Source: Squalus acanthias (Eukaryota). Taken from it: a stretch of DNA of 64,000 bases. Where the stretch lies: contig CM059432.1 in assembly GCA_030390025.1 (NCBI GenBank), positions 9,548,001-9,612,000 of the forward strand, read 5' to 3'. This document shows positions 35,462-49,505 of this stretch, piece after piece; the first letter of the stretch is position 1; each line of letters starts with the position of its first letter. Under the pieces are notes generated by a model. It did no database searches and was not told where the DNA came from. It saw only the letters and a program-made list of their open reading frames with translations. The position numbers and the translations under genes were made by a program.

Positions 35462-38419
35462 CGAAACGTTACTGCAAAGCCACACTCAACCTCATCCTGC
35501 TGTGCCTCTCATCACATCCCCATCACTCTGCCTTCCCTACCCTACTCCTGCACATCCTTACTCACACCAACTTACCTTGCACCTCCACCCATCCCTCTCT
35601 ATCTACATTATCACTTCGCCATCTCACTAGCCACCCCTCACACTCACCCTCATCCTAGTCCAATCATACCAACTAACAACACACAAGGGTAGGCAATTGG
35701 GTGTTTTATGCAATATTCATGTAAAGTTTCTGTTAATGTGCTGTCAAACGTTGAAACCTATATTTTCACCACTTTGCATTCCTGGACAGATTTGTGTGAG
35801 AGAAGGCGGGGACGGGATACTGAATTGGAGGATCAGCCATGATCTCATTAAATGGCGGAGCAGGCTCGAAGGGCCGGATGGCCTACTCCTGCTCCTATCT
35901 TCTATGTATCTATGTATCTATGTATCTTTGGAAGTGGCTTAGTGAGTTGGTGAATGGTGAGACATAACGGTACCCCCCGCAATGGTGATGAGTGTGAAAG
36001 GAATGGCTTGGGCATTGTAGGAATGCTTTATGGTGTTGGCGTGGGGTGGTGCCATCCTGGCGCATCATGTGGCAGCCAGGGTGTATAGCATCAAGTGAAG
36101 TAAACCTGGCCATGGTGAGGCCATCCCATGCGTCCCGGGCAGCAATGTGGTCGGGTGCTGATGCCCTGTGTCCTGTGCAGCATCAGTTAATTGCGGAGAA
36201 GGTTGTTGGTGCTGCTGGTGTGCCTGGTGCTGCTGGTGTTGGGGCTGATCGTGGTGGGATTCTGAGGACCAAGGTGAGAGAGTATAAAGGGCACCAATGC
36301 TGATGGAATAGATGGCAGGTGAAGTAGAGATGACAGATGTGATCTGTCAATGGTGGGAGAGGTAATGAGGTCAGACTGGATGGAGACTTGTGTAAAGACT
36401 TGCAGCATGTTGAACCTGTTGTGGAAATGCAGAGAGGAAGAGCTTGTGACTGCGGGAAGATATCTCTGTAAGGTGGGAGCTTTTACTTTACATTTGAAGC
36501 TGTTAACTCAACAGCTGATTCAATGGCCACTGAACTCCTGCCTCAGCTTGACAGACATGGTCCACGACCAGCGTGGACCACATGGAGGAGCTGTCAAATG
36601 CAAAAGGTGAGCTGAAAATCATTCTTAAGTGGCTCTGAACAAGCCACTAATGACCTGAATTGGGACCCCAGCCCTGCGTGTCGGGTCTGCTCAGTGCTGA
36701 CAGACGCGACATTGGAAAAGGCGCGTGGCAGCGGGTTTACAGCGGGGTCCCGACCCGCTGTGAAAAAAAAAACACTTTCCCACCCGACCCGCTACAGATA
36801 AGAACATAAGAACATAAGAAATAGGAGCAGGAGTAGGCCAATCGGCCCCTCGAGCCTGCTCCGCCATTCAATAAGATCATGGCTGATCTGATCCTAACCG
36901 CCAATCTACTATCACAGAACCATCTCCTGCATCTAACAGAATTGCACACACGAAACAGGAGCAGAATCAGGCTACACGGTCCCTGGGCCCGCTGACACCC
37001 CGCACAATTCTGGCCGATCACTATTTAAAAACAAATTCAAGCGGAACAGCGTGTGGAATATGTGCTGAGTCACGAATCAGGAAGCAGAACCAAAGTCCCG
37101 ACTTGTGATTTCCCCACACGCTGGGCTTCCCAGCTTGGCAATACTGTCAGCCAAGTCTGGTGCTCGTCTCCCCAGCCATTCTGGTGCACCTCCTAGTGCT
37201 TAGTTCAAAAACAGAGCCCTGGCAGACGGCTGCATTCCCGCCCACCCTCTCAGCTGGAGTTTTGTCCATCGAGTGAAGAGACCTGGGAGAAGGGAGGAGG
37301 TAGAAGTAGCTTTCAAAAGTCAACAGTAAAAGAATCACAAAACTGATCGCTGTTGAGATGTTGATGCGCAAAGGGATTTGATCATTTTAAATCCTTGTGT
37401 TCCTACTTAAGCATTTTTAATGGATCATGGATTTTGTTGTTGACAGTACAGCATGTTAGTGCCCCAGTGTGTTTTACTTCCTAAGGTTGCTTTTGGGTTT
37501 CTTAGTTTGATGTTTTTTACATTTCTTTTGGGTTAGAAACATTGGCATTAATTGTCTTCTTCTTTCTCTATGCTGCCTAATGACACGTGAGGCAGCCCAT
37601 TACTTCCACTGCTTTTTACTACAAGCAGATTGCCCTCTGGGTTTTCTCTGTAAGAAGATGCCTTTTTTGTGCGGACAGGACTTTAGTCTGGTATGGGGGG
37701 ACCGGCTAGACACGATGGGGAGGGTCACCACTCCGCTCCCATCGGATGCGAGCACCCCTCTGGAGGTCAACGCAGTATTCAGAGGTCAGGACTCGTGACC
37801 CCGCTCACCAGAGCTGTCTGGAGTGGGTCCGCGAACCCATGACCTTCCGGCTCGGAGGGGAGAATGCTACCACTGAGCTGAGGCTCGCTCCTCATTGATT
37901 GCCTGGGTAAATAGAAATATCTGTGTCAATCGGAGCCACAATGGGAGGGTTAGCATTTGCAAGAGCACCCTTCCAATTCTGCTTTGGCTGCCAGTGTCAC
38001 TGTCACTGTTTAAGTAGCCAACAGTGGCAAGTTGGAGAGGGTGTTTTGAGCTGAAACAAGGTTCAATGTGACGTGTTACCTGCAATGCATACAAATATTT
38101 TTGCAGCTGCATCAAGCAACATAAAACCACTTTCTTGGGCACTCAAGTGAGCATACACCTTCCAATTGATGTTCGTCATGCCACAACTAACTGAAATATA
38201 TGGCTTCAAACATATTTGCTACGGGAATGGAGACTCAGGCCTCTGCCTCTGCACTCTCAGATGCTGCTGCAAATATTCCTGTGACGGTTGCAGTTTGTCT
38301 GCATCGGAGTAGTGTTGGGCGGGAAGCCAGAAGGGGAGGACTTATCTATCACGGTGACAAGTATGACCACATGTTAATGTGTCTCAACTGACTGCTAACC
38401 AAAGGGAAAATCAGGTCCA

Positions 38420-40050
38420 CGCGCATGGTGCATTTTGGTAGGAAGAATAAGGAGGGCACACACTACTTGGAAAATAAGAGTTTAAATGGAGTGAGGAGCA
38501 AATGGATCTAGGGGTACAGATATACAAATCACTAAAAGTAGCAACACAGGTTAACAACATACGAACATAAGAAATAGGAGCAGGAGTCGGCCATTCAGCC
38601 CCTCGAGCCTGCCCCGCCATTCAATAAAATCATGGCTGATCTTCTACCTCAACTCCACTTTCCTGCACTATCCCCATATCCCTTGATTCCCTTAATATCC
38701 AAAAATCTCTCGATCTCTGTCTTAAATATACTCAACGACGGAGCCTCCACAGCCCTCTGGGGTAGAGAATTCCAAAGATTCACCACCCTCTGAGTGAAGA
38801 AATTTCTCCTCATCTCGGTCCTAAATGGCCAACCCCTTACTCTGAAACTGTGACCCCTGGTTCGAGACTCCCCAGCCGGGGGAAACATCCTCCCTGCATC
38901 TACCCTGTCAAGGCCTGTAAGAATTTTGTATGTTTCAATGAGATCACCTCTCATTCTTCTAAACTCTAGAGAATATCGGCCTAGTCTACTCAATCTCTCC
39001 TGATAGGACAATCCCCCCATCCCAGGAATCAGTCTAGTGAACCTTCGTTGCACTCCCTCTATGACAAGTAGATCCTTCCTTAGGTAAGGAGACCAAAACT
39101 GTACACAATACTCCAGGTGTGGTCTCACCAGGGCCCTATATAATTGCAGTAAGACATCTTTACTCTTATACTCAAATTTTCTTGTAACAAAGGCCAACAT
39201 ACCATTTGCTTTCCGAATCGCTTGCTGTACCTGCATGTTAACTTTCAGTGAAGGGCACCCAGGTCCCTCTGAACACCAACATTTCCCAATCTCTCACCAT
39301 TTAAAAAATACTCTGCTTTTCTATTTTCCTACCAAAGTGGATAACTTCACATTTCTCCACATTATATTCCATTTGCCATGTTCTTGCCCACTCGCTTAAT
39401 AAGGCCATAAAAAGGCAAACAAAGTGCTGGGGTTCATTTTTAGAGGGATAGAATTGATTAGCAGAGAGATTATGTTAAACTTGTATAGAACTTTGGTTTG
39501 ACCACATTTAGAGTACTGTGTACAGTTCTGGTCTCCATATTAAAAAAACAATATAGAGGCACTGGAGAAGGTGCAAAAAGGATTTACAAGGATGATACCA
39601 GAACTGAGAGGATATAACTATCAGGACAGATTGAACAGGCTGGGGCTCTTTCCTCTAGAAAAGAGAAGGCTGAGGGGTGACCTAATAGAGGTCTTTAAGT
39701 TTATGAAGAGGTTTGATAGGGTAGACGGAGAGAAGATGTTTCCACTTGTGGGGGAGTCCAGAACTAGGGGTCATAAATATAAGGTAGTCACTAATAAATC
39801 CAATCGGGAATTCAGGAGAAACTTTACCCAGAGAGTGGTTGGAATGTGGAACTCGCTACCACAGGGAGTGGTTGAGGCAAAAAGCATAGATGCATTTAAG
39901 GGGAAGCTGGATAAACACATGAGGGAGAAAGGAGTAGAAGGATATGTTGATCGGGTGAGATGAAGTAGGGGTGGGAGGAGGCTCGTGTGGAGCACAAACA
40001 CCGGCATAGACCAGTTGGGCCGAATGGCCTGATTCTGTGCCGTACATTCT
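38420..40050. mobile_element. CR1 (+) interrupted by an oppositely oriented CR1 (38556-39397)
   Basis: The host breaks and resumes at ttaa; 195-aa minus and 130-aa plus RT C-termini. Confidence 0.85.
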
Positions 40051-43000
40051 ACGTAAGTCTGAAATCAATGGTAAACTAAGCAGGCTCCACTTTCACCAAC
40101 AACACAGTAAAAACGCTTCCAGCCCCGTCACCAATCATCAAAATAGTCATCATGATTCTCTTGTAAGTGTGATGGATTGAAGTGGGAGGCTAAGATTCCT
40201 TAACCCTCAAAATGTGAAAAATACCTGTTTTTAACATAATGTTGAAAACAGCATTAGGGAGAGTAATTCCGTTCAAATCCCCCCTTAGCCGTGTACGACT
40301 TACACTTTGCATCGTTAAATCAAAAATTAATGTTGATATATGCAATGGCTTATGTATAAACCACTAATGATCTTTTTTTTTAAATGTCATCCTTCCCTTT
40401 GGAAATTATTCACAAAACAAAAAAGGTTGATAGTGTAGATTTTTAAAAAGTGAAAAAAAAAATCCCAAGGTCACTGAATGCAAATCTGATAAGGAAGGTG
40501 ACCAGATAATATTCATCTGTCCCTATTATGATAAGCAGGCATTACTTTACTGCAGTCTCATTAGAGATTACTCGGTGACAATGCCTCAGGAAATAATGCT
40601 CAGGGACCACCTATTGTGACAAGGCCCCAATGTGTTTGAAGAAAGGTAGATTGAAGATTTTTTTTTCTCTCTCTCTCCAAATGTGGTTTTCTCTTTGTAC
40701 CTTCAAGCCTTTGTGGATGTTAACTCATTGAACACTAAAATCGTCTCTCCCCCCCCCCCCCACCACCACCCCTTGCAGTTTGTCAAATCTGGAGCAGAGC
40801 ACAAACAACGCCAAGGCTGGAAATCTGAAACAGAAACAGGAAAATCTCTGGAAATACACAGACAGCATCTGAAAGAGATAACCCTGCACAAAACGTTCAT
40901 TTTTCTGTTTCAGATCCCAGGCATTCTCTGTTTGAACTGCTGCAGCGAAAAGAGCCACAAAGAGCCGGCAAGGGCACGATGGGCCGAACGGTCTCTTTCT
41001 GTGCCGTATGATTCTACCATTCGATGAGATCAATTAGTCAGAAAGTCCGTCAGATTCAGCGACAGCTTATTGTCTTCTTACAGTGAAGATTATCAAAGGA
41101 CATGAATGAGTTTCACGGTGCAAAAGGCCAAAAGAAAATCACTTCTTCATGAATTATAAAACTATAAAACTGAGATTCACCACTTTTCCCCAAAGAATAC
41201 ACGAGAGGCTAAACCTGGGTGCACCTGACAATTAAAATGCGGACTTAAGAAACATGCAGAGATTGAATTTATTTTCTTTGAACTAAAACTTCTTTGAGGA
41301 GCAGAAGAAAGGGGGCCTCTGTCTATTATTGTGGCAATGTCAAAAACATCACATTATCACTTAATAGCAAAGCAGTTCCAAGTCAAGTTTGCTTTAAACC
41401 TACTGTTCCGTCAAAAAAATAATGATCCCAGAGGGAATACTGATACGCAGAAATTATTTGTGTTCTCTTTTTTGCAGGTGTTTGTGTAATAGAATACGGC
41501 AATATTTTCATTTAATTCTACATCAGATGGATATCGCGAACGTAATGCGACTGCCAATATTTGCGTGTCACAGCTCACAGAGATTATTCAGTTCTAATGG
41601 AGCAGTGAATATGCCTCAGCCTTGTTACTGAAGGAAGGCCGGGACGCTATCATTTGAGTGAAGGCAGCTGTGTTTATTTGCCTGACTTAGCGCTATGTTT
41701 AAGAGACTAATTCCGAGGATTTCACTGTGCCCTCTCGCTGTGCCTAGTCACATTTCGTTCCCCGTGTTGGCTACTGCTGTGGCAAGTCAAGACAGAAGGC
41801 ATGGGCAGAGTACAGCTAGACTGGCTGCGAGTCAGTGTGATCAAACACGATTAACTCCCTCCCCCCCCCCCCCCCCGCCAGATGACACAACACCACTCGG
41901 CTGCAGACTCCTGCCGTTAACTGCCCTAAGTATTCACTTGGGAGCATTTTAAATGGACTGAACATACTGTAGTGTGCATCTGCAGTTCATACACACACAC
42001 ACGCACGAAAAAAAAGGGCAAAAACAGCTCCCAACATATGGCATTGTAATAAGTACTGGGCTACATTAGCTTCTGAACTCCCCAGATAAAAGGCTTGTGA
42101 AGACAACAGATACAAACTGGGAACACAGAAGAGCTACATGTAGATTAATACCAGCAAAAGGCTCAGGGAGATGCTAAAGAAACTGGTTCGCAATATTCCA
42201 CTACTGGATACAGGGAATATTATTATTTGATTTCATAAGTTTCCTTTGTTTTATGGTTTAGCTCATGCCCATCTAAAAAGGGGGCTACTTTTGTTTGATG
42301 ACACTGCATTACCCAAGTGCCTCCTTACAGTCTTATTAGAAAAGGCACTGAAAATGCAATATTTCTGGCTGTGCAGAAAATATCATCCATATTTACACAA
42401 GGATTTTTTTTTTAACCCTTTTATTATTTCCATTCCCATCGAGTTAACGGCCCATATCAACCCGATCAGTCAGGGTGCTGGCACTGCCCGTCTGCCGATC
42501 CCTCCACAGATTCCCCCTCTCCCCGGTGCCAATCTTTAGTTGTCCTGCCATTGCACCACCTTGAGAGATGTTTAAAAAAAACACTCTCTTCTCACTGTTG
42601 TTCTCCTTACTTCCCAAATGGCCGAACCCTGACTGGAAATGTTTTCCGCTCGGGAAACATCAAGTTAAAAAATATCAACAGTGACTGGTGTTCAGACTCA
42701 GGTCTCCCTGTCCGGGATCTAATAACATTGCAGCCTATTAAGCCAGTTTTGAATATGAAACGTGGGGATTTCTTATTTATTTAAGGCATGGCTAAAGGTC
42801 ATTTGGTCCAAATAAACCCATCGCTTATAGAGTTATAGAATCAGACAGCGCAGAAGGAGGCCATTCGGCCCATCATGTCTGTGCCAGCTCTTTGAGAGAG
42901 AACCAATTAGTCCCACTCCCCCGCTCTTTATAGCCCTGCAAATTTTTCCTTTTCAAGTTTATATCCAATTAAAATTACTATTGAATCTGCTTCCTCCGCC

Positions 43001-44029
43001 CTTTCAGGCGGCGCATTCCAGATCACAACAACTCGCTGCGTAAAAATAATTCTCCTAATTTCCCCCTCCCCTCCCCCCGGTTCTTTTGCCAATCATCTTA
43101 AAATCGATGTCCTCTGGTTACCAACCCTCCTGCCACTGGAAACAGTTTCTCTCCATCTACTCAAACAAAAACACTTCAGAATTTTGAACACCTCTATCAA
43201 ATCTCCCCTTAACCTTCTCTGCTCTAAGGAGGACAATTCCATTTCTTCTCTTTATCAACCAACACCACCGTCCCACCACATCCCTTTAGTTCCCCTTCTT
43301 TCTCCAGGAGGTGCATACAATTGTCTTTTGACTCCATTGATAAGGTCTCCATCAATACATTTCCTGGTTACTTATTCCACAACTTTATGGGGTAGGTTTG
43401 CGACTTACTGTCCGGGTGCAACACTGGGGTTTCCGATCAGCTGCCGCGTTATAAAACCGGCGTGATTTTCATTCCCATCAACGGGCGGCTCACCGGCTCG
43501 GGCCGGCCTAACTCTGGCCAGAGTCCGGAAGCTGATCCGGCTGGGAAAAAGATGGAGGAGGGGGGGTTGTGATGGTGGAGGGGGTTGAGTGCAGGCTGGC
43601 AGCGACCTACATTATTCTTGTGTAACCTGGAGGAGCGATCATTCCTGCTCCTCCTGGCGCCGCCCCCTCCCCCCCCCCAAAAAAAATAGCCCTTACCTTT
43701 TCGAACCTCTTCCGCTGTACTGCTAGGTTGTTCTGATCACAGCGTCCACAAGTGGCCAGTAACCAGTTAAAATGCCATCAGTTCCTATGAACATCATGGG
43801 ACCCTAGTCGTCATAGATTAACGAGGCTCCCGTCTGACTGAGGCCGCCCAGAGGAAGACCCCGGGGAAAATAGCGGCAGAGCTGGTACATCCACCACCTC
43901 CATTTAACTCCCTGTTTCCCTCGTGTGGAAGGAGTTAAAAGCTCACCCCCCCCCACCACCACCATTCCCTGAGATCATCCTCGTTACTTATCTCTATACT
44001 CCCTCAAGCATCTCTTTCTTAATTAGAGG

Positions 44030-45505
44030 CTGTGAGATTCAGCACAAGTTTATACCTTTCTCACATTGAATTCTATGAAACAATATGAATAAATTGTACA
44101 ACTCAAAATATAATATCCTTCCTATGATTAGATTACCAGAACTGCAGATGGGGGTCTGGCAAACACGTTATAAAGCAAAACTATGATTTGTACTTTTTCC
44201 CTCAAGTATTGCTACCAGTATCTTACTTGCTTTTGTCACTGCAGCTGAGCATTGTCTTATTTTATTAATCATTATGGACTTATCCACTCAAGATCTCTAC
44301 CCTGATCATTGTAGCCCTGTTTCATTTCATGCACACTTCCTTCCTTAGTTTCTTGCTTCCATACAAAGTACTTTACCCTACATTTAACTGCATCTGCCAC
44401 CTATTGGCCCTGGTTATCTCAACAATGTTTCTCATTATCTGCCTGCCTCCTATTTTGGTATAATCCGCAAACTTGGATATTTTGCCGACTATACTTTTGT
44501 CCAAGTGATTGTTATTAAGTATTAAAAATAGCAAAGGTCCCAAGACCAATCTCTGGCTTGCCGAATAAACTCTTCGCAGCCGGAATAGTTTCCACTGACA
44601 AAGGCAATTTTTTATCCATCGCTGGGCATGAACACCTATTCTGCATCTCTTTACAACTGCCATTAATCACTGATGTGGAACCTTGTCAAAGTCCTTCTGC
44701 AATTCCAAGTATATAATACTAGCTGAACTTCTTCTGTTTAACATTTCTCTCGTATCTTTAAGAAACGTTAAGGTGTTAGTTAAACGTGACCTCATTTTCC
44801 TGAATCCATGCTGACTGTTGTTGACAAGTTATACTTTGCCAAGTGTTCACAGCCCAAGTGCATCCCCTATCAATACAATCTTATGACCACACTCATATAT
44901 ACAAAGCATGCGGATCCTTTGCTTTATAAATAGAGGCATAGAGTATAAAAGTAAGGAAGTATAACTCACTGGTTAGATCTCAGTTAGAGTACTTTGTCCA
45001 GTTCTGGGCACCACACTTTAGGAAGGATGTCAAGGCCTTGGAGAGGGTGCAGAGGAGATTTACCAGACTGGAACCAGGGATGAGGGACTTCGGTTATGTG
45101 GAGAGATGAGAGAAGGTTAAGTGGATTTTTTGATAGAGGTGTTCAAAATCATGAGGGGTTTTGATAGAGGAAATCGGGAGAAACCGTTTCCACCGGCAGG
45201 GGAGTCGGTAACCAGAGGACACAGATTTAAGATGATCGGCAAAAATGCAGGAGAGAGGGGGGAGATTAGTAGGTTTTTTTTTCACAGAGCGTGTCTTTAT
45301 GATCTGGAATGCACTGCTAGAAAGGGTGTTGGAAGCAGATTCAATAGTAACTTTCAAAAGTGAATTGGATCAATACTTAAAAAGGAAAAAAGATTGCAGG
45401 GGCTGCAGGGAAAGAGCGGGGGAGTGGGACTAATTGGAGAGCTCTACCAAAGAGCCGCACAGACACAAAGGGTCAAATGGCCTCCTTCTGTGCTGAACGA
45501 TTCTA
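44030..45505. mobile_element. Old degraded CR1 RT (minus, about 44030-44870) next to a younger CR1 3' fragment (plus)
   Basis: VLGPLLF..ISKFADYTK remnant; QLEYFVQFW and 3' UTR. Confidence 0.7.
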
Positions 45506-47366
45506 TCTATCTCCCTTCTACGTATTGTACACCAAGTGCATTACGTTAGACCCTATACATAGGAAGTATCACGTGTGCATCATACAGAGACTAACACGTC
45601 ACATAAATAACGTTCTCAAAACTGACAAGCATAACTTCTGTGCCAGGCAGACATCGTACAACATATTCCTGCTTCAACAACTGGCACTGGAGCTTGGATG
45701 CCACGAGGATCGATCTACGCCACCCATGCAGGCTGTCCTGTAACTAACAGACGCAGCCTACCTCACATGCAGTCCAACATGTAGCCTCCTCCAGAACTAA
45801 CAGTTAGCACACATGGACCTTGCAGACCCATCGACACGGTACATGCAGCCTGCCCTATAACTAAACAAGCACAGCTTATACAGCAGGCAAACCAACACAC
45901 ACTGCATACACACATCGTCTGCCCCACAACTCACAAGCATGTCACAGTTTGACATACACCATAGGCTATTCTGTAACCAACTTACACAGCACATGTACTG
46001 CGCACACTGATACATACCATACGCGCGGTTATTCCTACACTTGCAACAAAAAAAGTTTGTGCACATTATGCAGACAGACAGTAGAAATGCAATTTGCCCC
46101 CAACGAGCACAACTCGGCGCACTTTTTAATAGTAGGTAGATGCAAATCTCACACACACGCGTAGAAATACCTTAAAAAAAAGACTTTTACTTGAGATTTA
46201 CAGCATATCAGCACAGTGATGATAGGCAGACAGACATGTATCGTCATTGATTACAACTAGACTTGCAATTGCACACTGACTCATGTTCACAAGCGCGAAC
46301 AGCATCTCCAACAGAGCTGTTCCTATCGGGTGCTCTGCAGCACAGTGCTGGGCGCTGTTACTTCACAGTCCTGAACAGCCCTTCGACTTTGAGAAAGGCT
46401 CCAAACTCTATGGGAGTAATAATGAATCAAACTGCGTTGCTCTGAAATGAGAATAATGATCACAGCATGCAACTAACTGCCTATCGTTATTGGGAGAGTT
46501 ATATCGAGAAGGTTAGGGGACTGAACCTTTTTTTTCTTTACATTATACCAGGCAATGGCACACAGCGGTATTCTAGGGGCTAAATCAAAAATTAATTCCA
46601 TGTAGATTTTTTTTTATAGAAACAGTGGTCTACCTAATCCATTCCCACGCCCCGCGCTGGTTTATCCATCTATGTCCTCCAGCCCTCAGCTCAAACCGAA
46701 CCCGAGATCAAAATATATTCCTTCAGCCCCAAGAGTTGGGAAGTGAAGCAGCGAGAGGATTGCTAGCCCGTGTCCTAATAATCCTCAGCATCATCCCTAC
46801 TTATCAGGGCCACTCCTGGCACTAACTGCAACAACAAACAAAACAAAAACCAAAAAAAAAAATAGATATTTGCCCAAAAAGATGATCCTGCGAGAATGAT
46901 CGTGGTTTTTTTTCCCCATGATCAGCCGATTGCTGGCGTCCAACTTGTCGTTCAGCGAAGGGCTTGAGCTTGTAGGTTGGCTCACATCATCACCGCACCG
47001 ACTCACCTGAACCGGATCAATAGCCATATGGTTAATAAACTGATCCCGCACACTCAAAAAACGGTGTCTCGGATCCATACGCTGGCCACCCGCAGTGGGC
47101 AAGAATTCAATAGAGTGACAAATCAGTAGATTATAACAGAAGATGGACTTTCAGTCAGTATAAAGGCAGCACAGTCACTGCAGAACTGACCCTACCCACG
47201 GAATACTAATGCAAGGAATTTAGGGGGTTTTATTTCCCTTATGCATTCTAATCATCCGATCTCCAATGACAGATACACACACACACACACACACAAAAAC
47301 ACAGCTTCTGCTAACGAGTAAGAAACACACACAGAGCAAGTTGGATTAAAATCAGCTCTGTCTCAC

Positions 47367-47900
47367 CTTGTTCCTCAGTTCTTAAACCAGTCAATTGCAC
47401 CGCTTTTCTAGCCGTCAGCACGGCATGTGTCGAAATGCCCAGCTTCTCGAGATTCCTGGTCCCCCTTGCAAGAGGCTGCTGTTTATGTCCCGGTGTGGAG
47501 AACTTCCAGCCGCGGTGGGCGCATTCAGCACAGGACTTGCAGACTGCAGAACAGGCTGTTCAGTGGTGTCTGCCGGAGTCGAGCGCAGAACATGCACAAT
47601 TGCCACAGCCAGCCGAGACTTCATCAGCGAGGGGGTGGGTGATGGATGGTGGATGGGGGGGGGGGGGGGGAGGTGGAGAGATTCTGAAAGGCACCAAGGA
47701 GGTACCCAGCCTCCTTCTACCAGCCTGACCACCAGTGGCTAATTATGAAGAAAGATCCTGAGCAGCAACAAGGAGCTACAGATGATTCCTTTGGAGACAA
47801 AAGAGAAGAAAAAAATCAGGGAAAGGTTTGGGGAGGGGGCTGAAGTCAATCTATCTTTCAGAGAGAGAGAGAGGGGGATTTGCATTAGAAAGCGCCAAAA
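47367..47900 (-). promoter_or_regulatory. Candidate non-coding exon 1 and promoter of the cadherin gene
   Basis: Strong minus-strand donor CAAG|GTGAGA at 47367 in a transposon-free, moderately CpG-containing island with poly-G, GA and CA tracts, upstream of the UTR-containing exon. The 5' boundary is unknown. Confidence 0.5.
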
Positions 47901-48573
47901 ACCTCTGCAAAGACCACATAAGTATTTTTTTTTAACTTGTCAGAGAGCAAAGTGATCAATTGAACTCCTGAGGCATGCAAGGCGAAGTCACAAAACTAAT
48001 CAGGATTTACAGGTTGCTTGCTCCAAGAACTTCAACCTTTTCTTTTTCATTCTCCTCAGGGGGGCTCTGGCTGGGTTGTAAAAACCTTCTGCTCCTGCGA
48101 GGTACATTGGTTTACAAGCTTTAATGTGTGTGCCTTTGTTTCAGATAAGCAGGCATGACCATGTACTTTTCCTTGATGTTATTGCCAAGCAGCCCAGTAG
48201 CAAAAATTAAATGTGATAGCAAAATAAAACTCGAAGGGAAATCGCTCTGCTTTAACCTACAGAAATTTTACCATCATTATCCACCCACCCACCCCACCCT
48301 CCAAATTTTTTCAATCCTTGACCTCGCCGTCCTTGCAAACCGCCGCCCCATCCCCAACCTCCCTTTCCTCTCCAAAGTCCTTGAACGTGTTGTCGCTTCC
48401 CAAAGCCGTGCCCAGCTTTCTCGGAACTCCAGGTTTGAATCCCTCCAATCAGGTTTCCGCCCCTGCCACAGTACCGAAACAGCTCTCATCAAAGTAACAA
48501 ATCCTATGTGACTTTGATAAGAGCCGTTTCGGTACTGTGGCAGGGGCGGGAACCTGATTGGAGGGATTCAAAC

Positions 48574-49505
48574 AGAAAGGCAGAGTATTATTTAAATGGT
48601 GATAGATTGGGAAATGCTGATGTACAGAGGGACCTGGGTATCCTTGTACACCAGTCACTGAAAGCAAACATGCAGGTGCAGCAAGCAGTTAGGTTTTGTG
48701 TACAGGAGCAAGGATGTCTTACTACAGTTATACAGGGCCTTGGTGAGACCACACCTGGAGTATTGTGTCCAGTTTTGGTCTCCTTATCTAAGAAAGGATA
48801 TACTTGCCACAGAGGGAGTGCAGCGAAGGTTCACCAGACTAATTCCTGGGATGGCAGGATTGTCATATGAGGAGAGATTGGGTCAACTAGGCCTGTATTC
48901 ACTAGAGAGAAGTCGCACAACACCAGGTTATAGTCCAACAGTTTTATTTGAAATCACAAGCTTTCGGAGCTGCTGCTCCTTCGTCAGGACCTGACGAAGG
49001 AGCAGCGCTCCGAAAGCTTGTGATTTCAAATAAAACTGTTGGACTATAATCTGGTGTTGTGCGACTTCTCACTTTTGTCCACCCCAGTCCAACACCGGCA
49101 TCTCCGCATCATGTATTCACTAGAGTTTAGAAGAATGAGAAGGGATCTCATTGAAACATATAAAATTCTGACAGGGCTGGATGCAGGGAGGATGTTTCCC
49201 CTGGCTGGGGGGTCTAGAACGAGGGGTCACAGTCTCAGGACTGAGATGAGGAGAAATTTCTTCACTCAGAGGGTGGTGAACCTGCGGAATTCTCTACAAC
49301 AGAAGGCTGTGGAGGCCAAGTCACTGAATATATTTAAGAAGGAGATAGATAGATTTCTAGACACAAAAGGCATCAAGGGGTATGGGGAGAGAGCGGGAAT
49401 ACAGTATTGAGATAGAGGATCAGCCATGATCATATTGAATGGCGGAGCAGGCTCGAAGGGCCGAATGGCCTACTCCTGCTCCTATTTTTCTATGTTTTCT
49501 ATGTT
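48574..49505 (+). mobile_element. CR1 3' fragment hosting the mini-Penelope
   Basis: RPHLEYCVQFWSP..GLYSLE | insertion | YSLEFRRM. Confidence 0.85.
48908..49111. mobile_element. Miniature palindromic Penelope-like insertion with back-to-back hammerhead cores
   Basis: Centre tcgtcagg-a-cctgacga at 48989; CTGACGA-A-GGAGC(agc)GCTCC-GAAAGCTT; TSD tgtattcactagag (48894-48907, 49112-49125); inside a CR1. Confidence 0.92.

Noticed and set aside
47395..47742. Overlapping 70-115 aa ORFs near the candidate promoter
   Set aside because: No recognisable domain; explained by GC-rich, poly-G sequence.
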